Assembly (NCBI GenBank): GCA_002104905.1
Contig: MCFE01000012.1
Coordinates: 124,001 to 188,000 of the forward strand
DNA length: 64,000 bases
Source of the DNA: Basidiobolus meristosporus CBS 931.73
Taxonomy: Eukaryota > Fungi > Basidiobolomycota
Reading direction: 5' to 3'
In this document: positions 63,738 through 64,000 of the stretch, one piece after another
Numbering within the stretch: the stretch's first letter is position 1
How the letters are laid out: the number at the start of each line of letters is the position of its first letter
The notes under the pieces: generated by a model
Database searches by the model: none
What the model was told of the DNA's origin: nothing
Seen by the model: only the letters and a program-made list of their open reading frames with translations
Translations under genes and position numbers: made by a program

Positions 63738-64000
63738 AGACTTGTTCCGTTGGATAGTGCCACATAGTGCCAGCCTGTTTATGGTGCCAGATCAATCTGG
63801 CACTCTGCGGCACTATCTGGCACTATAATTTCTACCATGATGCCAGTGGTATGATACAGTTACTGGTAATTTTACTCAATCTTACTTATGTTGCTCAGAA
63901 TAGTGCTTTCCTTGCTGTATTTACTCTTCATAATGCTCCAGACACATTTCTCTCAGTGGATGTCTTCTTGTATGAACATACTGTGCATTAATAAGTATCT
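63738..64000 (-). mobile_element. Harbinger/ISL2-like copy F (right end and transposase C-terminus; continues beyond the window)
   Basis: AAT|AGACTTGTTCCGTTGGATAGTGCC at 63738. Reverse complement of 31880-32136. It is inserted in a CMC terminal segment (63556-63737). Confidence 0.9.

Noticed and set aside
1-64000. tRNA, rRNA or snoRNA genes
   Set aside because: None recognised by eye; tRNAscan-SE or Infernal would be needed to exclude them.

Overview
Eukaryotic nuclear DNA, most likely fungal (short GT-AG introns; an early-diverging lineage is plausible but is inference). Bases 1 to ~13,900 are a CpG-normal, gene-rich block with five spliced genes: 20S proteasome alpha-2, a GDP-fucose-transporter-like protein, TCAB1/WRAP53, a Vac7-like protein and a small PWWP protein. 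From ~14,000 to the end is a CpG-depleted nest of decayed repeats. It holds Ty1/copia elements (one full length with TSD, one solo LTR with TSD, several fragments), a full-length Ty3/gypsy element with an extra ~390-codon ORF after pol, and a nad5 NUMT. It also holds several CMC/EnSpm (CACTA-superfamily) copies and a PIF/Harbinger-ISL2-like family with AGACTTGTTC TIRs, A-N-T target duplications, a MITE and foldback derivatives. Most notable: that family's transposase has no CpG in 885 nt while its partner ORF is CpG-rich; the gypsy ORF3 is unidentified; and one copy has a double end that appears to be templated from another locus in the window. All coordinates, counts and identities were read by eye. 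Many short entries in the ORF track are antisense or fragment artefacts.
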